Assembly: GCA_002269645.1 (NCBI GenBank)
Contig: NIVC01003930.1
Coordinates: 5,295-69,294, forward strand
Origin: Macrostomum lignano
Lineage: Eukaryota
Length of the DNA: 64,000 bases
Direction: 5' to 3'
Of this stretch, positions 1 to 9,659 are shown piece after piece; the stretch's first letter is position 1, and every line of letters begins with the position of its first letter. The notes under the pieces are model-generated. The model searched no databases and was not told the origin of the DNA. It was given only the letters and a program-made list of their open reading frames with translations. Position numbers and translations under genes: made by a program.

Positions 1-42
1 TACTCCCGATTCTGCTTAAGCTGGTAAAGAAGAAGAAGCAAA

Positions 43-663
43 ATGAACAAATTTTCAGAAATGGTTCTGATTCCTAAAGCAGAGTATGAGATGTTGATGC
101 AGAATTTGAAGCCAAATGAGACTACCACTGAAGCTGACTTGAAGCAGGCTCAGAAGAAATGCGATGACATCTTGTATGCCGAGGATTGTCCAGAAGATGT
201 GAAAACCGCCATGTACCAAAGTGCAATGCAAAGTTTGCTGGCCAAGCGCAAGCACGCTGGAAAAGAAGGAGCACGCAATACTGAAGCCAAGTTGATGAAA
301 ACAGAGACACCCCAGATAAGCACCTGGGAAGAGAAGATCAGCAAGTCGGTGCCACAGAAATTCAAAACCAGGGCTCGCAGTCTGTGGACGATCCTGTCCA
401 CCAATCCAGAGCTGATTCGAGTTTGTGAAAACGGGGAGGTGGAAATCGCAGGCACGTCAATCCCTTCCTCAAACATACTGGACTTGATTCAGCACACAGT
501 GAGGGATTCGCCATGTGAGCGTGAACCAGTTGGGTGGAACGAGTTCATCGATTTTCTGCAGCAGAAAAAGCTTAATGTTCCGCTTTCCGCTATTGGTAAA
601 TCAGTTAAGAAGAAAATGGCAACCAGCAGAGGGGTGAACTGGAGAAAGAACAGGAGAGTCTAG
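43..663 (+). CDS. Conserved Maverick/Polinton accessory protein (206 aa), function unknown
   Basis: Intact ATG..TAG ORF. The C-terminal motif GEVEIAG.SIPSSNILDLI...R......PVGWNEF...L......VPLSAIG resembles an uncharacterised ORF I recall from Mavericks (recognition by eye). Confidence 0.6.
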   Translation: MNKFSEMVLIPKAEYEMLMQNLKPNETTTEADLKQAQKKCDDILYAEDCPEDVKTAMYQSAMQSLLAKRKHAGKEGARNTEAKLMKTETPQISTWEEKISKSVPQKFKTRARSLWTILSTNPELIRVCENGEVEIAGTSIPSSNILDLIQHTVRDSPCEREPVGWNEFIDFLQQKKLNVPLSAIGKSVKKKMATSRGVNWRKNRRV

Positions 664-714
664 TCAAGGGGTACGGGAGCAACACAGCCTGGCTGAAACT
701 GCCTGCCAGAAAAG

Positions 715-722
715 TATATAAG
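715..722 (+). promoter_or_regulatory. TATA box (TATATAAG) upstream of the 764 ORF / TBP-like cassette
   Basis: TATATAAG lies 42 nt before the ATG at 764; an identical 8-mer lies upstream of the 9369 minus-strand ORF. Confidence 0.4.
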
Positions 723-763
723 AAGGTGGACTGACTCCGAAATTTTCGAAGGAAAGCTGCATC

Positions 764-1614
764 ATGAACTACATTGACTTCCAAGGATTCCGTGCAACAG
801 CACAAGCAAAAAATTTGTTGTGAAGGAGTTGGCAGTTGTTCAAATCAGAGCGGGGAGCTACCGCATTGCTCACCATGTGTACGCACCTCCGTATCCATGG
901 GAGAGAGTCTCACCTGACATGCGAGTTTACTACAGACAGCTATCTAAGAGTCTGCACCAGTTTAAGTGGAATGATGGAACCCGTCCGTACATGGAACTGG
1001 CGGAAGACATTCTGAGCATTGCCAGTGGTCCGATCTGGTCAAATGGGGAAAGGAAGTCGATTTTTCTGACTGAGCTGCTTGGAAGACAGGTTTATAACCT
1101 AGAAGATTTGGGAGCACCCTCGACTGAAGATTCAGATACTGGCTGTGCAGTGAGAAATTCGTTGCTGCACTACAGTTGGCTTAAGCCAAAGTTCTGCATC
1201 AACTTAAGAAGCGAGCAGTGTCCGTGGCACACGAGCAGTAAAGTTGGCAGAAGCAGATTTGGTGAAGAAGTTGACGATCGAAATGAGCCCACCAGCTACA
1301 GCCCTAAGAGTGACCAATCTGGTTGGCGGAGTAGATCTGAGACTGGATGGTGGCAGGGGCGCTCAGCTGCCTCTACGGGAACTGGCTCTCAGCATGGCTC
1401 ATGTGATCTACCGGCCCGTCTGGCCCCGGGTGCTCATCAAGCGGATGCGGATTCCCAGAGTGACTCTCCTACTCTACCCTACTGGGCAACTGAGCATCTG
1501 CGGTGCCAAGACCCACGCAGACGCCAAAAGGGCTGCCCGTCGCTTCGTGGCTATGCTGCATCGGAGAGTGCCGGCTCAACTGCTGCCTCATCAAACAATT
1601 TGTGTTCGAATTAA
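764..1614 (+). CDS. Maverick/virus-type conserved protein with a DxQGF N-terminal motif (possible DEDD/RNase H-like nuclease fold); one frameshift at 808-814
   Basis: ATG at 764 gives MNYIDFQGF..., and a -1 shift in the A6 run joins it to FVVKELAVV..APPYPW..HQFKWNDG..Y..NGERKS.FL..LLG..V.NLEDLGAP..CAVRN..W (ORF 820-1614). The conserved part ends near 1180; the remainder overlaps the TBP-like ORF and may not be real. Confidence 0.55.
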
Positions 1615-1855
1615 AACTATTACTGCTCATGGACAGCTCCCAGTTCATTCCGCACTTTCCTTATTAATGTTAAAATCAATTATCCCAAACGCCGAATATG
1701 AACCAGAATCCTTTTCTGCTTTAATTTTCAATTTAAACTTTTGTAAATGTCTGCTTTTTCACAGCGGCTCTTTTGTTCTCAGTGGAGCTCGGTCCTTGAA
1801 TCAGTTGCATACCGATAGCATGCGTCTACTCAATGTAGTTCTTTCCATTGAATAA
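1283..1855 (+). CDS. TATA-binding protein (TBP)-like protein, intronless, 190 aa from first ATG (track ORF starts at TTG 1244)
   Basis: Two TBP repeats: TNLVGGVDL..LPLRELAL....IYRP..PRVLIKRMRIPRVTLLLYPTGQLSICGAKTHADAKRAARRF and NAEYEPESFSALIF....KCLLFHSGSFVLSGARS. These align by eye to the canonical [29 protein letters not shown] and YEPELFPGLIY..LLIFVSGKVVLTGAK. Confidence 0.92.
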   Translation: MSPPATALRVTNLVGGVDLRLDGGRGAQLPLRELALSMAHVIYRPVWPRVLIKRMRIPRVTLLLYPTGQLSICGAKTHADAKRAARRFVAMLHRRVPAQLLPHQTICVRIKTITAHGQLPVHSALSLLMLKSIIPNAEYEPESFSALIFNLNFCKCLLFHSGSFVLSGARSLNQLHTDSMRLLNVVLSIE

Positions 1856-1856
1856 A
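1851..1856 (+). terminator. Polyadenylation signal AATAAA overlapping the TBP-like stop codon
   Basis: AATAAA at 1851-1856 includes the TAA stop; further AATAAA hexamers follow at about 1857 and 1911. Confidence 0.45.
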
Positions 1857-2432
1857 AATAAAGTCAAGTCAAGCAATTTGCCGCAAATATTTCAATGATT
1901 AGTGAAAAGTGAATAAAAGGATAAACTTAGTATTCTTTACATTCATTTTCCCAGGCAGACAGCTATGGAACACTTCAAAAACGTATTTAGCCCATCACCA
2001 AAAGTATCGCAAAACGCATATCAAATCCGAAAGTAAACAATACTACCATCGTTATAACAAACGATGTGCACCGAGAGAAGAGAAATAGAAAAGTGATAGA
2101 GAAAATATGATTAAAACGCTGATTGAATTTACAGGAACAATTTGTCAGATAAAAACCAAAAACACATTTTAAACAAGTAGTACACAAAGCAAACAAAAAT
2201 GAATTAATATTGTATGAGCGCACTTGCCACAGCTTTATAAAAAGTAAAACTTAAATTGATATCAATATTTCACGCCGCAAAAACAAATTGACAGCTAAAT
2301 CTAGCGCAATTAGCCAAGCATACAAATTTGTAAAAGTTACTACATGCAAGTCACTACATTTAAAACAGAATTTGGCAATTTAAACAACTCTAAAAGCAAG
2401 AAAAAGTACTAAACAGTCTGTTAAACACCGCA

Positions 2433-5400
2433 CTAGACCAGTCGGATGCGCTTCAGCTGATCGTGGGATGCGGGCGTCAGCGCATAGTGTCCGTAGGGCA
2501 GGCTTCGATTACTGCTAAGCCACACTCGCTTATCCTCCCACACCGATAGGCTTCTTTTCTCCATGACCGACGTGAAGATTTCGTGTTTCTTGGAAACAAT
2601 CGCTGTCATGGCAACCATCTGCTCTTGCTTGGACTCGAACGCGTCGACATAGTTCGCATGCGAAATTTGCTGTCTTACTACTGACTGCTTCACGCCTTTG
2701 GCAGTTTTCTTGATCTTTGCACTCGAATTCTCGGCAGGGAGAAACGAATAAAGTTTTGGACGCAAAAGAATCCACTCCTGGTAAATTCCACCAGCAGATT
2801 CATCTTTAACGCAGCCCAGCTTTCCTTTTAACTCTTCAGAGAAATGCGGATGGTCTCGAGAATAGTTGGATGTGTCAAGTATTTTTTCCTCTCTAAGCTT
2901 CGGGATTACCTCCGATGTTAAATCATGATTCTTGAAAGCTAGAAAAAATGAGTCAGTATCACCTCCGCAAAGCATCATGTCTCTGGAACCGTCTGAATGA
3001 CAGAACAGCGGTCGGAGCCTGTCATATAGTAGGCTGTACATGGCCATCTTAGAGAGATCGAGAACTGCCTGGCCAACGAAAATGGCCTTGTCAAGCGTGA
3101 CTTTATCTTTTTTGAGCTGAAAAATGCTCAACGACTCATTGATAATCGAGAATGCGGCACAGTTTGGTCGAGAGGCGCAAGTTTCTGCTTGAGTCTGGTT
3201 AGTGCAAATTCGAACATCGCATCTTTTTCGAACGTTCTCCATAGTTTTTCCAAAGAGAGAATTGTTTTTCAATTTGTAAAAATCCTTAGCAAACTCGGAA
3301 GTTGCCAAAGCTCTTTTTTCATTGTTGCTGGCAATGTACGGCGCGAAAATATTTTCCTGCTTGAACGAAATCATTTTTTTGACGCACTTGATCCGCATTC
3401 CGTGTTGCAGGTAAAATCTTAAAACGGTGCTGTGAACTACGTAAGAATCCTTGTCGGTACAGGTGAGTAGAAGCTTCTCCGTTGCTTGAAACTTAGCTTC
3501 AGCATTGCCAGTTCGCTGTTCAGCAATCTCTTTCCATAGTTCGGCCATGTACGGCGAGAATTGATCTGGCTGTGGTTTTGATTTTTCAGGTGCAAACGGT
3601 AACTCCTGAGTCGAATCGTGAATCTCAGCTGGGTATTCTAGATCGAGTTGAACAAGGTAGGCGATCTCGGCTTCTGGATTGAGTGACAGAAACCGATTGG
3701 AGTCCCAGAACTGGATTTCCTGTTCCGGTACCCACCTGAATTCCCTGCATGGAAGCGGAAGCGACAGGGCAAAGCCATACAAGTTGTTCATATCGATCGG
3801 CATGAGGCTTACACTCTCTTGCTGATCATCATAACCTGGCAAGCTAGGATTATTACCTTTGACGCAATGCACATTAATGAAGGACATGCCTCCTCGTATT
3901 CCCTTCTCAAACAGATGATACATGTCAGCATCAGTCAGCTGCTCTAGAACCACTCCAGTCGACTTTAGAGCTGAGTCGTAAGACAAACCAGGAGTAGTAA
4001 AGTAGTGTACCGGATCCAATCCGTCCTCTTTCAGACTGGCCTGTCGGAATGTCTCGAAAATGTCAGCCAGCTGCCTTACATCCATTTCAAGATAGGCGAG
4101 CATATAATCCTTCAAACTTTTGCATTGAAATGCCGCCCATGCCGCTCTTGCTCTATTGTAGTCGTCGTCGGAAATTCCCCTATCGGAAAGTCGATTAAAA
4201 AAGCATCTTTAGGCGGCAAAACCGACTGCTCGAGAATCTCAAATCCTGTGAGGTAATCATATGGGAAGATCCCTTTTTTTCGAAGTAGCTCTCTTGAAAG
4301 ATGTGGTCTTGACTCAAGCATTTGCATTGTCAGCTTGCATTCAGCTTCGGGAAGATTAGCAAACAAATTGGACAAACTTCCCTTCAAAAAGCAGAGCGAG
4401 TCGATGAACTGAATTGTAAACATGATTGGCACAACTTTTCCGTTCTTTACGTAACTTGCAACCGGGAATTCCGCCCTTAGTGACAAGTATCGCTCGGATG
4501 ATTGCGGAACAACACTAAGTTTCCAATTTTTCATGCTCCCAAGCGCAGTGGAAAGTAGAAGATGAAGGTCGTAGCCGCCTAAGTTGTGAAAAACCAGGGG
4601 CAGAAACCGGCGTCGGAGCTGTGCTCGCAGGTTGCATTCTTGACATGCTGCACCTTTGTACTGTCCATTTAAATGATCGTGGTCAAAATGTTTATCTGTA
4701 GAACTTTTAAAGTTCTTCTTGCAGTAGTGACATACCTCAGCAGAATTGAAATCATCCATGACGGTCGCGGATGATCGGTCAGCCGGCTGGTGGCTATGCT
4801 TCTGGTTCCAGTGAAATATATCCTGAGCCAGGCTTTCAAGAGATTTGAGAAAACCAAGGATACACTCATCAGGGTCCGCATTGCAAAAGACCTTGTACAT
4901 GTCTCCTTCTGGCCTAAGCGGAGGTCCTGTCATGCCTTCACGAGGCACTGCAAGAAAAGCTGCTGCACATGGTTCATGCTTTGAGATCAGGTTAGCAGGG
5001 TCTGTGTTCGCTCGCAAAATGGCTTCCAGGTCGGCATAGGCAACGAATGGTGGACTGACAGTGTTTTGACAGTTTTGGAACTTTATTTCATTCTGTCCTG
5101 GAACTGGAAGCGTTTCTTTGACAGGATTTTCTGCAGTAATGCTGCATTCGTTCCTGTGCTCTTGAAGCCTCTCGTTGCTATAAAATGATGTTAAACATTT
5201 CGTGCACCACTTCCTCATGGCGGGACCATTACGACTGTTCATTAACCTGTCAAAATTAGTAATTGCACACCAGTGCTCCGATCCGTAGCTGTCTTCAACC
5301 AGCAAAAGCATGAGGTGTCTTCGGTCATCTGACTCATGCTTGCGGCGACGGAGAAGAGTCACACTGCCCTGCTGCCAAGAGAACGCAGAAATGCAAATTC

Positions 5401-6081
5401 CTGGATTGTTAGACTCGACGCGATCGATATCAGCGACACTCACTGGCATGGAGATTTCTGCAAAGTCCAGCTCACGCAACCATTCATCGTAAGAGGATAT
5501 TCTGTTGGGCGATTTCTGAACTTTCGGATCGGCGCTGTGCAGTGCAGCGAGACAGGCGTACAGGAAACAGTCTTTGCCTGTGCTCGGTGGATTGATAACA
5601 GCCTTTTTGTTCTTCAAACTGGCAGGAAGATTGAATCTAACGGCTCTGCCCTGGCGAAATCGAATTGGATTGTACCTGGCAAGGTTGATGTCTAGAAAAT
5701 TAATTTGTTTAATTGTCCAGCCACTGCCGTTCGTATTAATCATACTACAGATCCTCTCCAACTCCTGCTCCTGCTCAATCAACCAGTTGTTTAAACGGCC
5801 TGCTTCACCACCTAGGTCTAGGGCTTGCATTTTACAGCTTATCCATCTGTCCTCTTCGGCAAGCATCTCCCCATCTCTTATTCGGACCATTCGAATATTC
5901 GCCTTTAGCTGAACTTTGTAATGATGTCTTGAAATTCTTTGCTGAACTGCCTCAATAATTTTGTCTCCAGCTTGGACAAAAAATTCTGACGGAAGCGTGT
6001 CTGGGTGACTCGATCTGAGCCTCAGTATTTCCAGTGATTGATCATAGGCTTGGGCAACTCTGCTGAAGCTGACTGTTGAAC
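2433..6081 (-). CDS. polB: Protein-primed family B DNA polymerase (pPolB) with endonuclease VII-like Zn finger; split by one -1 frameshift at 4196-4202
   Basis: Exonuclease motifs FVAYADLEA, VFHNLGGYDLHL, FIDS. Zn finger CHYC..DHDHLNGQYKGAACQECN. Polymerase motifs KGIFPYDY, GIRGGMS, DMNNLYG, KLKNNSLFGK, GGDTDSF, LRPKLY, KGV. Adding one T to the T6 run restores AFFNRLSDRGISDDDY..FQCKSLKDYM, joining ORFs 4112-5890 and 2433-4115. The frame is open upstream of the 5890 ATG to about 6094. Confidence 0.93.
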
Positions 6082-6297
6082 CTGGTTTGTGGTTTTAGGA
6101 TAATATTTTTGTTTTTTGCTGCCAAAGATACTAAACTAAACGTCTGTACCCAAGCATACATGTACAACCCTACCGGTATAAAGTCTTTTATCTCCCCTTC
6201 TCCCATTCTTTGGACTAAAATTTTAGACTGCATAATATACATCGCATTGATAAGAAAATTTTTAAGTAAGTTGAAAAGGATAAATAAAGGCACTTAC

Positions 6298-6736
6298 CTT
6301 GGTGTGCATCAGTCACCGACTCGCTGTTGGCTGCTGACTCGCTGCTGGCTGCTGACTCGCTGCTGGCTGCTGACTCGCTGCTGGCTGCTGACTCGCTGCT
6401 GGCTGCCGACTCGCTGCTGGCTGCCGACTCGCTGCTGGCTGCCGACTCGCTGCTGGCTGCCGACTCGCTGCTGGCTGCCGACTCGCTGCTGGCTGCTGAC
6501 TCGCTGCTGACGTCATGGTCCACCCAAGGGTGGTCATACTCGATCCACGAGTGGTCATCCTCCATCCACGAGTGGCCATTCTCCATCCATGAGTGGTCAT
6601 TCTCCATCCATCAGTGGTTATTCTCCATCCATGAGTGGTCATTCTCCATCCATGAGTGGTCATTCTCCATCCATGAATGGTCATTCTCCATCCATGAGTG
6701 GTCATTCTCCTGCTCCATCCAGGAGTGCTCAACCAT
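6298..6736 (-). CDS. Putative first exon of pPolB made of WMENDHS and SSESAA repeats (one repeat unit has TCA>TGA at 6611-6613)
   Basis: ATG at 6736 (MVEHSWMEQENDHSW...). Consensus donor CAAG|GTAAGT after 6298 and a phase-compatible acceptor CAG|GT at 6081 give a 216-nt AT-rich intron and an in-frame join to pPolB. Confidence 0.5.
6317..6508. repeat. 18-bp coding tandem repeat (GACTCGCTGCTGGCTGCY) x about 10-11
   Basis: Directly visible; encodes SSESAA on the minus strand. Confidence 0.95.
6540..6720. repeat. 21-bp coding tandem repeat (TTCTCCATCCATGAGTGGTCA) x about 8
   Basis: Directly visible; encodes WMENDHS on the minus strand. Confidence 0.93.
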
Positions 6737-7616
6737 AGAAAAGGCAAGCAGTTAAAAGCTGACAGTGTTTACTGGCTGCAACTGAGTGTCATAAGCAACT
6801 GGGAGTGAATATTGGAAATCTTTTTCGTAAGTCTTTATTGCTGCAATACTGGTACAATATCCACACTTACAAGCTAGTAGATGCTGGTTATATTTTTTTG
6901 GTTCTCCCTTAAGCTAGCTCTCTGCATGCATATTCTATTGATCCCTATTCGTAAAAGTTCGTTTCTATTTGCCTCCTACGCAGACTCAATCGGTAAAAAA
7001 TGCAAAATGAAGCCAATAGTTAATTAACAAACCAATCACCGAGTGGAAAAATGCTGACATTATATATATATTTTTAAAAAAAATTATCGAATTCACATGG
7101 TGCAATCATAGTCAATAAACAATGCATGGAACAATGAATTACAAATACAGACGAGAGTTTAGAAGCAGAAATATAGCTGAAAAGTTCAATAATTAAAGAA
7201 TGAGGAAACACCGCGTCAAAGCAGTAGAAAGAAAATTATACCTAATCAATCGCACCAAGCATACGAAACATCACCAATTTATTGAAAGTATGTTATGTTG
7301 ATTTTAATTTGTTAAATTCAACTGTATATGTTTCACCTACTTTTCAAATAATTTTTTTTACCTCGGATACCAAAAAATATTGGTTGCCACTACGAGCTAC
7401 GAGCTTTTTTTAAAACTAATTTGGAAATGAAAACTGAAAACTTATAAGCAAGATTCCTAGAAGCGAATACAGAGTTATGAGATGATCAAATCATTAATTA
7501 ATGTACCTACTTTCAACTTTAAAAAGCTAGTTGAAATAAAGTTTTAGCAATAATTGCAATAAATGGGTAGATTTCTCACTCCACACAGAAAGCAAAAAAG
7601 TACAAAAATTGCTTAG

Positions 7617-9369
7617 TCACAGCGGCACAATTCTAATACGATTTTCGAAAATCGTTACCTCGTACCCAGCCCCGCCGACAGGAGGCAGAAAGAAGGCAAC
7701 TCCAGCTGGCACGGGTGGAGTTTCGGATTGAGAAGCTGGAATTGTAGAGGCTGCAGCTGGGGCGGCTGGAGCAGCTGGGGCAGCCAGAGCAGCTGGGGCG
7801 GCTGGAGCAGCTGGGGCGGCCAGAGCAGCTGGGGCGGCCAGAGCAGCTGGGGCGGCCAGAGCAGCTGGGGCGGCTGGAGCAGCTGGGGCGGCCAGAGCAG
7901 CTGGGGCGGCTGGAGCAGCTGGGGCGGCCAGAGCAGCTGGGGCGGCCAGAGCAGCTGGGGCGGCCAGAGCAGCTGGGGCGGCCAGAGCAGCTGGGGCGGC
8001 CAGAGCAGCTGGGGCGGCCAGAGCAGCTGGGGCGGCCAGAGCAGCTGGGGGCCAGAGCAGCTGGGGCGGCCAGAGCAGCTGGGGCGGCCAGAGCAGCTGG
8101 GGCGGCCAGAGCAGCTGGGGCGGCCAGAGCAGCTGGGGCGGCCAGAGCAGCTGGGGCGGCCAGAGCAGCTGGGGCGGCCAGAGCAGCTGGGGCGGCCAGA
8201 GCAGCTGGGGCGGCCAGAGCAGCTGGGGCGGCCAGAGCAGCTGGGGCGGCCAGAGCAGCTGGGGCGGCCAGAGCAGCTGGGGCGGCCAGAGCAGCTGGGG
8301 CGGCCAGAGCAGCTGGGGCGGCCAGAGCAGCTGGGGCGGCCAGAGCAGCTGGGGCGGCCAGAGCAGCTGGGGCGGCCAGAGCAGCTGGGGCGGCCAGAGC
8401 AGCTGGGGCGGCCAGAGCAGCTGGGGCGGCCAGAGCAGCTGGGGCGGCCAGAGCAGCTGGGGCGGCCAGAGCAGCTGGGGCGGCCAGAGCAGCTGGGGCG
8501 GCCAGAGCAGCTGGGGCGGCCAGAGCAGCTGGGGCGGCCAGAGCAGCTGGGGCGGCCAGAGCAGCTGGGGCGGCCAGAGCAGCTGGGGCGGCTGGAGCTG
8601 CAGGTGGCACAATTGCATTATGCGACTCATTGTCGCTGCCCTCCTCTTCTAGGATTTCCATTTCGTGGTCGTCTTCAATTAGATGAAGTTGTTTTCCAGC
8701 AATCACCGGAACCGAAGAGACAGGTTGCTGCTGCTGCTGACCAGCTTTGAATTCCCTGAGGAACTGATCCAGGACATCTTCCTCTATGAAGTTTATGACA
8801 GCAGCAGCCTCGACTCCAGCAGCCTCGACTCCAGCAGCCTCGACTCCAGCGGCCTCAACTCCAGCAGCCTCGACTCCAGCAGCCTCGACTCCAGCAGCCT
8901 CGACTCCAGCAGCCTCGACTCCAGCAGCCTCGACTCCAGCAGCCTCGACTCCAGCAGACAGCTCAACTTCAAATTCTGCAGCTGCTGAAGACCCGCTTGG
9001 CCTCATCCTCTTCAATGTAGAGTCAATTACTTGACTCAAGTGAGCTGATAGCAGACTCCTGCTGGCTCCTTTTTTCTGCTGGATCTTCTTTTCTCTCTCG
9101 TTGCTCTTTTTGATGGCGCGGATTACTTTCCAGCGGTTACTTTCTTGCTTTTTCTTGTCATCGCTGACGATCCTGTGTCCTCGATGATATGCTGGAATTT
9201 TTCCCTCCTGCAGAGCTTCGACGGTGCCGCACTGGTCGCATGCCAACCAGCATGAGACCAGACAGTTCTCATTCTCGTGGTGTCTTGGGGACACGCCTCC
9301 AAGCAGGCACACTTCGCAGCTTATACAGACCTCATAGAGGTCTCTATGACAACTTTTAAAAGTTTTCAT
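7617..9369 (-). CDS. Element-encoded protein (about 585 aa): Cys/His-rich N-terminus, basic segment, VEAAG and PAALAA repeats; 2-nt deletion frameshift at about 8050
   Basis: ORF 7633-9369 and ORF 7617-8630 join when the single 16-nt unit at about 8041-8056 is restored to 18 nt. N-terminus has CISCEVC, CDQC and several His. Confidence 0.55.
7752..8598. repeat. 18-bp coding tandem repeat (GCAGCTGGGGCGGCCAGA) x about 46
   Basis: Directly visible and nearly homogeneous; encodes PAALAA on the minus strand. Confidence 0.97.
8800..8957. repeat. 15-bp coding tandem repeat (CAGCAGCCTCGACTC) x about 10
   Basis: Directly visible; encodes VEAAG on the minus strand. Confidence 0.95.
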
Positions 9370-9470
9370 TTTGAAAGAGAAAGAGTTGTTTTTTAGAAGT
9401 AGTAAGGTTTTTAAAAATCATTTTATACAATTTGTTTTTGTCTATTTGTTTATTTGTACTTGCGTGGCTG

Positions 9471-9478
9471 CTTATATA
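9471..9478 (-). promoter_or_regulatory. TATA box (TATATAAG) about 100 nt upstream of the 9369 ATG
   Basis: CTTATATA on the + strand; same 8-mer as at 715-722. Confidence 0.4.
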
Positions 9479-9659
9479 GTAATTTGTACATGCATGCCCT
9501 CTCCTTATCATATCGTATATGAACATCCAGCCATGCTCAGGTAATAATTACTTTACCGTTATAGAGGCCACCGGCTGTAATTAGTGTATCCCCCCGTCCC
9601 CTTATCCAGGTAAGCAACACCAGCCGTCCTCTGTGCAGTTGTAAAACTTTATAACCTTA

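Noticed and set aside
1-78. End of a short hydrophobic/basic ORF (LPILLKLVKKKK...) overlapping the 43 ATG
   Set aside because: Truncated by the window edge; it may be another element gene but is too short to support.
1954-2096. Possible small basic exon after a strong acceptor (TTCATTTTCCCAG)
   Set aside because: No donor partner or homology identified.
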